Source: a virus
Virus record (IMG/VR): IMGVR_UViG_3300005253_000023
DNA: 46,420 nt
Strand: one strand, 5' to 3'
Made by a program: the position numbers and the translations under genes. Positions 34,160 through 41,827 of the stretch are shown in pieces (the stretch's first letter is position 1; every line of letters begins with the position of its first letter). The notes below the pieces were generated by a model. The model saw only the letters and a list, made by a program, of their open reading frames with translations. It made no database searches and was not told the origin of the DNA.

Positions 34160-34453
34160 TTAATAATTCCATTTACTTTTAATAATTCTGTACCCGTTAG
34201 CTTTTAACAAAGTAACCAGTTCGTTAGCGCAAATAGTACAAAGTTCCATTTCTTCTGTCTGGCCGTCCCCTGATCCAGGGTATCTAAACCCCTGCACAAG
34301 TTCAAATGTAAACTCATCGGCACTATGGCTGCCGTGTGCTATCTTTTCTTCGCATTTATCGCATTCATGAAATCTCTCCTTCTCAACCTCAGATTCATGG
34401 GCTGGGATAATTTCTTCTGGAACTAGTAATTTCTCTTTTATAGTTACTTGCAT
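34160..34453 (-). CDS. zinc-ribbon protein
   Basis: HECDKCEEK...ELCTICANEL (CxxC...CxxC). First gene after the structured leader. Confidence 0.6.
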   Translation of the reverse strand: MQVTIKEKLLVPEEIIPAHESEVEKERFHECDKCEEKIAHGSHSADEFTFELVQGFRYPGSGDGQTEEMELCTICANELVTLLKANGYRIIKSKWNY

Positions 34454-34467
34454 AATCGTTGTTTAAA

Positions 34468-34633
34468 AGTGGTTGGAGCAGGATTTTATACCCGCATGGT
34501 TCAGTCGGTTTTACTTTGGGAACAGATTGTTACATCCTATTAATCAAAGCACACTCCCCAGTGTTGGAGGAAGGCCGAGAACGAATCCCATATTTACCAT
34601 AACTCCTTTCTCGCCTTTTTATATCCAACCACT
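34468..34633 (-). promoter_or_regulatory. structured ~166-nt 5' leader closed by a perfect 10-bp helix
   Basis: AGTGGTTGGA (34468..34477) is the exact reverse complement of TCCAACCACT (34624..34633). Internal hairpins CGAGAA/TTCTCG and ACACT-GGGG-AGTGT. Locally GC-rich. Confidence 0.45.
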
Positions 34634-34636
34634 CTA

Positions 34637-34659
34637 CGAAGGTACAAAACTAATTTGTA
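34637..34659 (-). promoter_or_regulatory. promoter/operator box: TACAAA-N5-TTTGTA + TACCTTCG
   Basis: The minus strand reads TACAAATTAGTTTTGTACCTTCG. Lies directly after the terminator and 3 nt before the leader helix. Confidence 0.55.
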
Positions 34660-34673
34660 ATATGCAAGCAACA

Positions 34674-34705
34674 AAAAAGCCCACCTATTAAGATGGGCTT
34701 TTTAA
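34674..34705 (-). terminator. strong intrinsic terminator (bidirectional geometry)
   Basis: The minus strand reads AGCCCATC-TTAATA-GGTGGGCT followed by TTTTTT. An A-run precedes it. Confidence 0.75.
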
Positions 34706-34735
34706 TTATTCTCATATCTCAGAGCGGTAGCCTTA
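34674..34735 (-). ncRNA. candidate ~60-nt sRNA (or terL 3'UTR-derived RNA) carrying GGCUACCGCU
   Basis: A TATATTTG box (reverse complement of 34740..34747) lies upstream and the terminator hairpin closes the 3' end. No ORF. Confidence 0.3.
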
Positions 34736-35083
34736 TTCACAAATATACTACTTTTTTTGCAGGCCATTTATGGTTCACTAAATATCTTTTGGGCCATATC
34801 TGTATGATTGTGGCCTATAAAAGCAAAAACCGCCAAGTCTGTCTCCCTTGACGATTTCGTTTCTCCTTTGACACTTGGTCAACGAGATATACAACATTAT
34901 CCCCACATCTGCCAAAGGCAAATAAAAACATGCTCCACCCTTTGCCGACCAATATTGACTAAGGTTTTTAACTTATTGATTATCAACCATGGACCTCAAA
35001 CAGCTATTTTTAATCGTTTTTACTTTAATTAACATTGTTAAATCATTGATAATAAGGAATATAAACCATGGTCCAGATAGGAC

Positions 35084-36391
35084 CTACCCCCACATCATTA
35101 CACTGCTAGGCTGTAATTCAAACCATTCACGCATCATAATACTGTCCCATTCGTCAGGAGAACGCCCGATATTGGCCTTTACATCCTCTTTGGGTACTAC
35201 TCTCAATTTTCCGTCCTTGTCTATGTCACGCTGCTTGACCTGCTCCATTTCCTGAATGATCCTTTCTCGTAACCCCACATCAGTACATTCTTCATACACT
35301 TCTTTACGTGTGATCCTGCCAGCCATTTTGAAGGTACACTGTGCTTTTAAACTATCGTAATTTACCGATTGTCCTTGCTCATCTAAGGCTCTAGAGTTAT
35401 TGACGAACCCTTTACATTCTAATATATCTACAACTCCCGATCCGATCCCATCCTCATCCACTATCACCTGACTCATGGGTACTTTGTACATATTGGCAAG
35501 CTTCCTGATTTCTGCCGCCGATTCAGTGATTAATGATATCTTCATCTCCTTGCGATCTATCACCGTAAACCCATCCCAGACACGTATAATCGTGCTGTCA
35601 CGGCCTTTTCTTGCTATGTCGGCGGTAATGTAGTCTTCGCCCGGTTCAACGTGCTGATTCTTAAAGTAATCTTCAATTGAATCCCGGTCAATTAATGTTC
35701 GCGGGTCGTCGTCGTACTCCCATTCACCAAAAAGCAATCGTTGTTTGCTGATCTCATCTAGTGTCAGTAAGTTCTCCCGGTAATGTTCTGAGATATACGG
35801 ATTGTCAGATAAGAGAGCTTGTACAAACTTTCTATATTCGGGCAAAGTACCGTCCTTCCAAGGCTTATAGAACCGTGAATACACCCAGTTCTTAGTAGGA
35901 TTACAGCTACCTAATATCTTCGGTGTAAGCCCATATTCATCCAGCCTATACCTGATCCTTGACTTAACGATGTTCCACCCTTTTTCGTCTATCTGATTGA
36001 CCTCATCCAAGAATGCCCCGGTAATCTCTAATGATCCAAGTTCATCATAATGTGGATCGCTAGGATAATGAAATAAGTCTTTGAGAAGGATCTCACTACC
36101 ATTGGAATAATAAATAGTGCTTTTCTGTTGGTTGTAATCGTGAATATTAGGGTCAAGGTCTAACTTTTTGAATATGTCAAAATAGGTGTTTAGAGTAGTT
36201 TCCTTGAGTGTTTTAAGCCTTGACCTACCCATTAGCCATCTAGTGCCTGGAAAGCGTGTACAGCGATCTATGAGCCACAATGAACCAAGAGAACTTTTCG
36301 CGCCACCTGCTCCGCCTCCGAAAAGTATTTCAGTCGTTGTCTTGTCGGCGAGATACTTGGTGGCTACGGTCTGCTTTTTGGTGAGCTTCAT
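35084..36391 (-). CDS. terL: terminase large subunit
   Basis: N-terminal Walker A FGGGAGGAKS. 435 aa with terminase-like organisation. Adjacent to TerS and HNH. Confidence 0.85.
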   Translation of the reverse strand: MKLTKKQTVATKYLADKTTTEILFGGGAGGAKSSLGSLWLIDRCTRFPGTRWLMGRSRLKTLKETTLNTYFDIFKKLDLDPNIHDYNQQKSTIYYSNGSEILLKDLFHYPSDPHYDELGSLEITGAFLDEVNQIDEKGWNIVKSRIRYRLDEYGLTPKILGSCNPTKNWVYSRFYKPWKDGTLPEYRKFVQALLSDNPYISEHYRENLLTLDEISKQRLLFGEWEYDDDPRTLIDRDSIEDYFKNQHVEPGEDYITADIARKGRDSTIIRVWDGFTVIDRKEMKISLITESAAEIRKLANMYKVPMSQVIVDEDGIGSGVVDILECKGFVNNSRALDEQGQSVNYDSLKAQCTFKMAGRITRKEVYEECTDVGLRERIIQEMEQVKQRDIDKDGKLRVVPKEDVKANIGRSPDEWDSIMMREWFELQPSSVMMWG

Positions 36392-36401
36392 TCATTATTT
36401 C

Positions 36402-36653
36402 CTAATTCTTATGGGCATCAAGATAAAATCTGTCATACAGATTATTTATTCTGATCTTAATTTCACTGATTCTTAAAATAGCACGTTCACAGTCGGTCGG
36501 CATTGATTGATATGGTGGTATAAGATGGCCACCTTCTACATTATCAAGTATTGATTTATATAATGCTCTTATGTAATCTAAATCACGAAATGTAGCCTCT
36601 AAAGAAGTAGACCATTCTTGAAAATCCGTAGTTTTTTTTATATTATTCTTCAT
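36402..36653 (-). CDS. hypothetical protein
   Basis: 83-aa ORF between TerS and TerL. Confidence 0.55.
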   Translation of the reverse strand: MKNNIKKTTDFQEWSTSLEATFRDLDYIRALYKSILDNVEGGHLIPPYQSMPTDCERAILRISEIKIRINNLYDRFYLDAHKN

Positions 36654-36990
36654 CAGGTATCACATGGATGGTTATTGGCTTGCCGCCTGTAGTATGATCA
36701 ATTTCTTTCTTGTCAGCCCATCCAAAACGATTGCGCATATTCATATAAAACAGGGTTGCATTAAACTTAGGGTTTTCAAGGTTTTCCCGTGCATTTTTCA
36801 TCCACCAGCCTAGTGAAAAGTCTGTCCCTCTTTTTTTAGCGTGTAATAACTCATCGTGTTTCTTACACCAGTTGTAGAAAGTCTTCTTCGCAACATTCAG
36901 TTCAAGACATATTTCCTCAATAGAATATCCTTGCTTCATAAAGGAAACTACTTTATCAGGAATATCTTCTGAATATTTACTTGGCCTCAT
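36643..36990 (-). CDS. terS: terminase small subunit
   Basis: PSKYSEDIPDKVVSFMKQGYSIEEICLELNVAKKTFYNWCKKHDEL...FYMNMRNRFGWADK: an HTH-type small terminase pattern. Confidence 0.65.
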   Translation of the reverse strand: MRPSKYSEDIPDKVVSFMKQGYSIEEICLELNVAKKTFYNWCKKHDELLHAKKRGTDFSLGWWMKNARENLENPKFNATLFYMNMRNRFGWADKKEIDHTTGGKPITIHVIPDEE

Positions 36991-37525
36991 AGATGGAATC
37001 CTTTTTAGACATATTAGTACTAGGCTGTAATAATTGTATATTACTTGATGTATGTGTTCCTCCTTTAGATAGTGGAATTACGTGGTCTAAGTGATAGTTG
37101 CCATTACTTATATCTTTACCACTTATTGCGCATTTATAATTCTGTTCTTTTAACAGATGTATAATAAATCCCCCCGTCACTGTGCCATCTGAAGTTGATC
37201 TTTTTTTTGACCTTCTTTCTTGATTCACAGCCTTTACAAGCGCCTTACCTTCTTCAGAATTATACCGCTCCCTTTTATATGTGTTGATAGCATCCTTATT
37301 ATTTAAGTAATACTCTCTCATTTTGATAGCATATTTAGGATTGCTATTCTTTAGTAGCCTATACTTATCCCGGGTATCCCAATAAAATTTTGATTGACAA
37401 ACTTTACACGGTGACTGATGCCCCGATTTTGCCCTTTTATCTTTATTAAAAAATTCAACACTTTTCAATAGGCCACACTTTGTACAAACTTTTTGTCCAT
37501 TAACTATTAAAGGGGGTCTGGGCAT
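36977..37525 (-). CDS. HNH endonuclease (terminase-associated)
   Basis: YHLDHVIPLSKGGTHTSSNIQLL motif with N-terminal Cys pairs. Confidence 0.8.
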   Translation of the reverse strand: MPRPPLIVNGQKVCTKCGLLKSVEFFNKDKRAKSGHQSPCKVCQSKFYWDTRDKYRLLKNSNPKYAIKMREYYLNNKDAINTYKRERYNSEEGKALVKAVNQERRSKKRSTSDGTVTGGFIIHLLKEQNYKCAISGKDISNGNYHLDHVIPLSKGGTHTSSNIQLLQPSTNMSKKDSIYEAK

Positions 37526-37530
37526 AATCG

Positions 37531-37538
37531 CAAATATA
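37531..37538 (-). promoter_or_regulatory. -7-type promoter box TATATTTG, 5 nt from the ATG
   Basis: Exact TAnnTTTG immediately upstream of the HNH start at 37525. Confidence 0.4.
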
Positions 37539-37545
37539 CGAAATT

Positions 37546-38154
37546 CTATTCATTAGGGAATACCATATCTTCTTGCATCGGTTCCAGTTCAGCATTTATT
37601 GCTTTATCATAGTTGGTGAATTCATTGTCTACTTCAAAGTAAAAACGTTTATCTACAGATGTTTGAAAGTAGAATTTCCCATTACCTTTCCCGCGGCCAA
37701 ATCCTAAATACACTAAATGATCTATTTTCTTATATAGCCTGTTAGTGGACAGCCCTAACGGTTTATTATTTTTGTCTAACCATAAAGTTACGCCTGGGCT
37801 AAATGCATTAAGCTCACAAAAGGAAACCATTTCAAAACCATCATTCATTAAAAATACTTCAAAAGGAAATAATTTTGTGCATGATCCTGATCCTTCTTGC
37901 TTCAATAGGAAATCGTAGATAACTTTAAGACCGTTTTCTTTCAGTTTTTCGTCTAGCCATAGATTTGAATCACAAATTCTTAGGGCTTCGGTATATTTAT
38001 GACTTTTAAGCTTAATATCCCCCCAATTTTTTCTTTCATAGCTATCCTGTGAATATTGATGATATTCCTTACCGTTTAGCTTTTTAACGGGTTGTTTATG
38101 GTGAAACCCTTCTTTATGCTCATAGTATGTTTTAATGAAATATTTTGGTTTCAT
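37546..38154 (-). CDS. hypothetical protein
   Basis: 202-aa ORF. Confidence 0.65.
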   Translation of the reverse strand: MKPKYFIKTYYEHKEGFHHKQPVKKLNGKEYHQYSQDSYERKNWGDIKLKSHKYTEALRICDSNLWLDEKLKENGLKVIYDFLLKQEGSGSCTKLFPFEVFLMNDGFEMVSFCELNAFSPGVTLWLDKNNKPLGLSTNRLYKKIDHLVYLGFGRGKGNGKFYFQTSVDKRFYFEVDNEFTNYDKAINAELEPMQEDMVFPNE

Positions 38155-38158
38155 CTGT

Positions 38159-38389
38159 TTAATGCCTTGGCCAAGTAATTAGATATTCTGTGCCGTTGTG
38201 TTTTAACCTTGTTGTGAACCCCTTGGTTCTTAATGCTCGGACTTCGTAAGGAATTAATGGCCTGTTGGGTGAGATTGTTAACTCTTCATCTGAAGTTTGC
38301 TTAATGTCGTGAAGGATCGCTTCTAACAGGTTGTTTCTGATCCCTTGTTGATCTCTGCGCTTTTGTGCTGCTGTGTAATTTAGTATCAT
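38159..38389 (-). CDS. hypothetical protein
   Basis: 76-aa ORF. Confidence 0.55.
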   Translation of the reverse strand: MILNYTAAQKRRDQQGIRNNLLEAILHDIKQTSDEELTISPNRPLIPYEVRALRTKGFTTRLKHNGTEYLITWPRH

Positions 38390-38541
38390 GTTCTATAGTA
38401 GTTAAATCCTAAGTAAAATAAGTCTATGCTGATCATAGATTTGGTGATTACGATTGCAAATAATGCTCTACGAGTTTTGATATTTTCCATAATTTGCAGA
38501 GCAAAAAGGTAGGTGGTAATTTCTAAGTTAATTATTGTCAT
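38386..38541 (-). CDS. small hydrophobic protein (51 aa)
   Basis: MTIINLEITTYLFALQIMENIKTRRALFAIVITKSMISIDLFYLGFNYYRT. ATGA overlap with the start at 38389. Confidence 0.35.
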   Translation of the reverse strand: MTIINLEITTYLFALQIMENIKTRRALFAIVITKSMISIDLFYLGFNYYRT

Positions 38542-38553
38542 TCTTCCAGTAGT

Positions 38554-38916
38554 TTAGATTTGAGCCAGTAATTTAATTACTTTATTTCTAAAATAATCAG
38601 AAGCCGTTTTAAATCCTGTTTCAAAACCCCAAGCCCTTATACCAATGTAATACCATTCATCTTCTAATTGTCGTTTAATTTCATCTTCAATTTGAACACC
38701 AGTAGGCCATTTCATGCCTATCTCCTTCTCACTAGGCATCTTGGCCTTGAGTCTTTCTTTGAAGGGTAAATTCAAGAAGTTAATAATTGTCCAGATTTCA
38801 TCAAGAACTTTTTTAGATGTAAGATCCACCTCTTCGCCTTCAATTACCCCGTTGCCTATAATTTCTTGAACTTTCTCATAGAGTATTCTTCTGTTTACTT
38901 TTATATTTGCGCTCAT
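38554..38916 (-). CDS. hypothetical protein
   Basis: 120-aa ORF with an ATGA overlap with the upstream gene. Confidence 0.6.
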   Translation of the reverse strand: MSANIKVNRRILYEKVQEIIGNGVIEGEEVDLTSKKVLDEIWTIINFLNLPFKERLKAKMPSEKEIGMKWPTGVQIEDEIKRQLEDEWYYIGIRAWGFETGFKTASDYFRNKVIKLLAQI

Positions 38917-39113
38917 GGTTGTTTGGGTTTAGGTGGGTCGGGTAATGGCATCCAATGGGTGACTGTATAGTAATGGTTTTCTGTTCTGATGTGCATAAAA
39001 TTGTGAATTTTATGAAAATATGCTACTCCAACACTTTGCGAATTATTAGTATATGCAACAAGGCAGTTACATGTTCTTTCAGGCAATTTTTCTTCTACTG
39101 ATATCCATTCCAT
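38913..39113 (-). CDS. DUF551-like protein
   Basis: MEWISVEEKLPE...VTHWMPLPDPPK pattern. Confidence 0.6.
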   Translation of the reverse strand: MEWISVEEKLPERTCNCLVAYTNNSQSVGVAYFHKIHNFMHIRTENHYYTVTHWMPLPDPPKPKQP

Positions 39114-39114
39114 C

Positions 39115-39297
39115 TTAGTTGTCTTTTTCGTTTAGTACCCATTTAAGCGTATTTCTTTCGGCCAGATACAAATCGGACATTACCTTGGCATTATCTCTTA
39201 ATTCTCTCCGAGGTTCGGTTTCGGCTTTTAAGCGATACTTAGCCGCTCTTTGTTCAAGAACTCTTATTTCTGCTCTTATTTCTTCTTCTGTTCTCAT
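39115..39297 (-). CDS. small coiled-coil protein
   Basis: 60-aa charged helical ORF. Confidence 0.5.
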   Translation of the reverse strand: MRTEEEIRAEIRVLEQRAAKYRLKAETEPRRELRDNAKVMSDLYLAERNTLKWVLNEKDN

Positions 39298-39704
39298 AGT
39301 GGGTTAGTTAAATGTATAAGACCATCAAACCCACATGGACATACAGCGGTTACAGCGGTTATTTCTGTTTGCCCCTCTTCCATCCATTCATCTAAAATGC
39401 GCACATTTTTCTTGCATTTTGGACATTGTATATCTGATTCTTTAGAATCGTTGTTATATTTATTTATCGCAGTTTGCTTATCAAATTCTTCTTTACTTTG
39501 AGTACATCTAAGAGCTTTAATCTTGCTCCTACCGTCTATTTCGATTGAATGTAAATCCCTGCACTTACCTTTAATTCCACAGTTTTCACAATACATTATA
39601 TCATACGTGCCTTGCGCATCATCAAGGGTGACAAGGTTTAGTTTTCTGAATAAATGATTAGCGTCTGACAGATATACTTTCATCTTACACTTTAAACAGT
39701 TCAA
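39294..39704 (-). CDS. multi-zinc-ribbon protein
   Basis: CLKC...CENC...CPKC...CPC Cys pairs. Confidence 0.6.
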   Translation of the reverse strand: MNCLKCKMKVYLSDANHLFRKLNLVTLDDAQGTYDIMYCENCGIKGKCRDLHSIEIDGRSKIKALRCTQSKEEFDKQTAINKYNNDSKESDIQCPKCKKNVRILDEWMEEGQTEITAVTAVCPCGFDGLIHLTNPL

Positions 39705-40191
39705 TTATTACTGAATCCATACTTACCCAAATCATTCCTTTCCCAACAAGAAAGTCTATTGAGTTTGTGTGCCTCTTGTTCATTTTATCCTGGATTATCC
39801 ATAGGCCGTTGTAAATCATTTCACATTTCTTAACTCTTATAGTATCGCCATATTCAAATGGGCCTTTTGGTTTTAGTAAGTCTGGGCTTACCCCGCAAAT
39901 CCTGTGTTTTTCAGGGTGTCGCCTGTTAATCTTAAATCCGCTTGCAGTTACAAAAGGGGTGCTATCTGTTTGTGCTACCGTTGCGTGATAGATCGTTGCA
40001 TGTACGTAAATAGGGGAGGGTTTCACTTTTAATGATTCCCTCCCATTATCTACGCCCGCAGTTAAGGGCTGACGATTATGATTGCCATATTCAGGCTGTA
40101 ATAAAACCCCTGATGTTACTGCGGTAATCATCAATACTATGATTATTCCTGTTATTAATCTTCGGTTGAAAATATCTAGCTTGGATTTCAT
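39685..40191 (-). CDS. membrane-anchored 3D-domain (MltA/RlpA-like) cell-wall protein
   Basis: N-terminal TM, then ATIYHATVAQTDSTPFVTASGFKI...YGDTIRV...WIIQDKMNKRHTNSIDFLV, the 3D-domain pattern. Confidence 0.6.
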   Translation of the reverse strand: MKSKLDIFNRRLITGIIIVLMITAVTSGVLLQPEYGNHNRQPLTAGVDNGRESLKVKPSPIYVHATIYHATVAQTDSTPFVTASGFKINRRHPEKHRICGVSPDLLKPKGPFEYGDTIRVKKCEMIYNGLWIIQDKMNKRHTNSIDFLVGKGMIWVSMDSVIIELFKV

Positions 40192-40197
40192 TGACCT

Positions 40198-40356
40198 TTA
40201 TTTATTTGCGAATGAGTAATACCCAAAATATTTCCTCTCTACATTAAATTTTAATCTTAGTTTTTTAAGATTTCTTTCGGTAACAACCCCAAGGTGTAAT
40301 GATACGCTCCCGTGTTTATCTAAATCAGCTTGAATCTTTTTAATTAAATCTTTCAT
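40198..40356 (-). CDS. small protein (52 aa)
   Basis: MKDLIKKIQADLDKHGSVSLHLGVVTERNLKKL... First ORF after the box at 40375..40397. Confidence 0.45.
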   Translation of the reverse strand: MKDLIKKIQADLDKHGSVSLHLGVVTERNLKKLRLKFNVERKYFGYYSFANK

Positions 40357-40374
40357 AATCGTCTTATTATAACA

Positions 40375-40397
40375 CAAAGGTACAAATAAGTTTTGTA
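40375..40397 (-). promoter_or_regulatory. promoter/operator box: TACAAA-N5-TTTGTA + TACCTTTG
   Basis: The minus strand reads TACAAAACTTATTTGTACCTTTG, 18 nt upstream of the ATG at 40356. Confidence 0.55.
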
Positions 40398-40479
40398 AAT
40401 ACCTAATTGGTTATTTAAATGGAAAACATTATATTTGTAGAATAGCATATAAGTTATATGTATAGTTAAAAATAAAATC

Positions 40480-40508
40480 CGCAAGCCGCCTTATGGGCGG
40501 TTTTTGCG
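40480..40508 (-). terminator. intrinsic terminator (two-tier hairpin) enclosing the HNH stop codon
   Basis: CGCAA...CCGCC-cataa-GGCGG...TTGCG on the minus strand, followed by GATTTTATTTTT. Confidence 0.55.
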
Positions 40509-40889
40509 TTCTTTAAACAAACTTTTTGTTTTTATTTTATGGCAAGGAATACATAGGGTTTGATAATTCTCAATTCCCCGGCCTCCTCCACCGTTTACAA
40601 CCTCTACAATATGATCAGCGTGCCATTCATCCCATTTAGTCTGAATACCACAATTACGACATTTATACCTATCAATTTTAGAAAGCTCATTTCTTATAGT
40701 TTGAACATCCCCTTTTATGATCCAATAATCGGTAAGTAATGGTTTAACACAATCATCAGTCGCCCACCTTTTTCTCCTGCCTGTTAATTTTACACCACAA
40801 CCACAAGAACATGTTCCATCTGGAGGATTAGGATACATCTCATGTAGTTTGAAATCCTTTTGATATCTCTTATATGGGTCTATTGGCAT
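40491..40889 (-). CDS. HNH endonuclease (free-standing)
   Basis: WHADHIVEVVNGGGG...NYQTLCIPCHKIKT motif plus Cys clusters. Confidence 0.8.
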   Translation of the reverse strand: MPIDPYKRYQKDFKLHEMYPNPPDGTCSCGCGVKLTGRRKRWATDDCVKPLLTDYWIIKGDVQTIRNELSKIDRYKCRNCGIQTKWDEWHADHIVEVVNGGGGRGIENYQTLCIPCHKIKTKSLFKERKNRP

Positions 40890-40899
40890 AGTATTAATT

Positions 40900-41100
40900 T
40901 CATAATTTCCAATATTTTACTTCTGAACTTTGTATTAAAGATGTGAATACACACCAATAATCCTCACGCTTTACATAACAATCAGGCCAATATTTACAGT
41001 ATGATAAAAATCCCCTTGCAGTTCTACCGTCTTCCGTTTTCACATGAACTCTTTTTTTGTGTTCTGGTAATGAATCTTTAATGTCTATCCAATCTTCCAT
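40900..41100 (-). CDS. DUF551-like protein (second copy)
   Basis: MEDWIDIKDSLPE... with a C-terminal KYWKL. Same architecture as 38913..39113. Confidence 0.45.
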   Translation of the reverse strand: MEDWIDIKDSLPEHKKRVHVKTEDGRTARGFLSYCKYWPDCYVKREDYWCVFTSLIQSSEVKYWKL

Positions 41101-41190
41101 TTTAAGCGTTTATTCTTTGCTTTGGTATCCTACTACCAAAAAGTTGTTAAAGTGTCTTAAATCGTACTTAGGTGGGCTGTGTGGTGATTT

Positions 41191-41535
41191 TTACGTGAGA
41201 AGTCTAACCCTCTGTTTTAATTTCTCAATATAAGATTCAACTTCAGCCTTTAATTGTTCTAATGTTTCACAGTCAAATTTCTTTTCTTCAACTTTATTTC
41301 CAAAAATACTAACTGTTGCTGTTCCATCCCATGTTTCACCATAATGAGTTTTCGGAGGGTAGAATCTACAATTCAATGAAATTAGATCACCATCATAATC
41401 AAGTTTAAACCCACTGTCAAATGACCATTGTGGATAATCCGCTCTTTTATTGTTCGCATCATCACACCATTTTTCAGCTTGATGCCAGTCAGTAGGACAA
41501 TCTTTTAAGGGATTACCTCCATTTATAATAATCAT
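41191..41535 (-). CDS. hypothetical protein
   Basis: 114-aa ORF. Confidence 0.6.
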   Translation of the reverse strand: MIIINGGNPLKDCPTDWHQAEKWCDDANNKRADYPQWSFDSGFKLDYDGDLISLNCRFYPPKTHYGETWDGTATVSIFGNKVEEKKFDCETLEQLKAEVESYIEKLKQRVRLLT

Positions 41536-41551
41536 CGTCTATCTTCTCCTT

Positions 41552-41827
41552 TCATTTTAAATCTATACCAAACTCACGCCTGTCTAAACTAATCCCAAGC
41601 TCTTTAGCTTTTTCAATTAGAGGATATGTGTGGTGGTAGTTATCTGTGAGTTTCCAAATTTTTATCAGTCGTTCCCGATATAATTCCACAGGCTCTTTTA
41701 TCTTCTCAACAGTAAATCTATATTTTTCTAATGATACCATTCCGTTAAAACAACTTGGCTCTTTTTGAATATGAATCCCATAAGTTGACCCATTAAAACT
41801 TTCTATTATTTTTTTATCTTCTGTCAT
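41552..41827 (-). CDS. hypothetical protein
   Basis: 91-aa ORF. Confidence 0.6.
   Translation of the reverse strand: MTEDKKIIESFNGSTYGIHIQKEPSCFNGMVSLEKYRFTVEKIKEPVELYRERLIKIWKLTDNYHHTYPLIEKAKELGISLDRREFGIDLK

Noticed and set aside
34473-35255. Plus-strand ORFs 34473..34691, 34808..35032 and 34989..35255 in the terL-downstream region
   Set aside because: They run through the leader helix, the promoter box, the terminator or the terL 3' end. Their composition is unconvincing, and the region is better explained as non-coding RNA or regulatory DNA.
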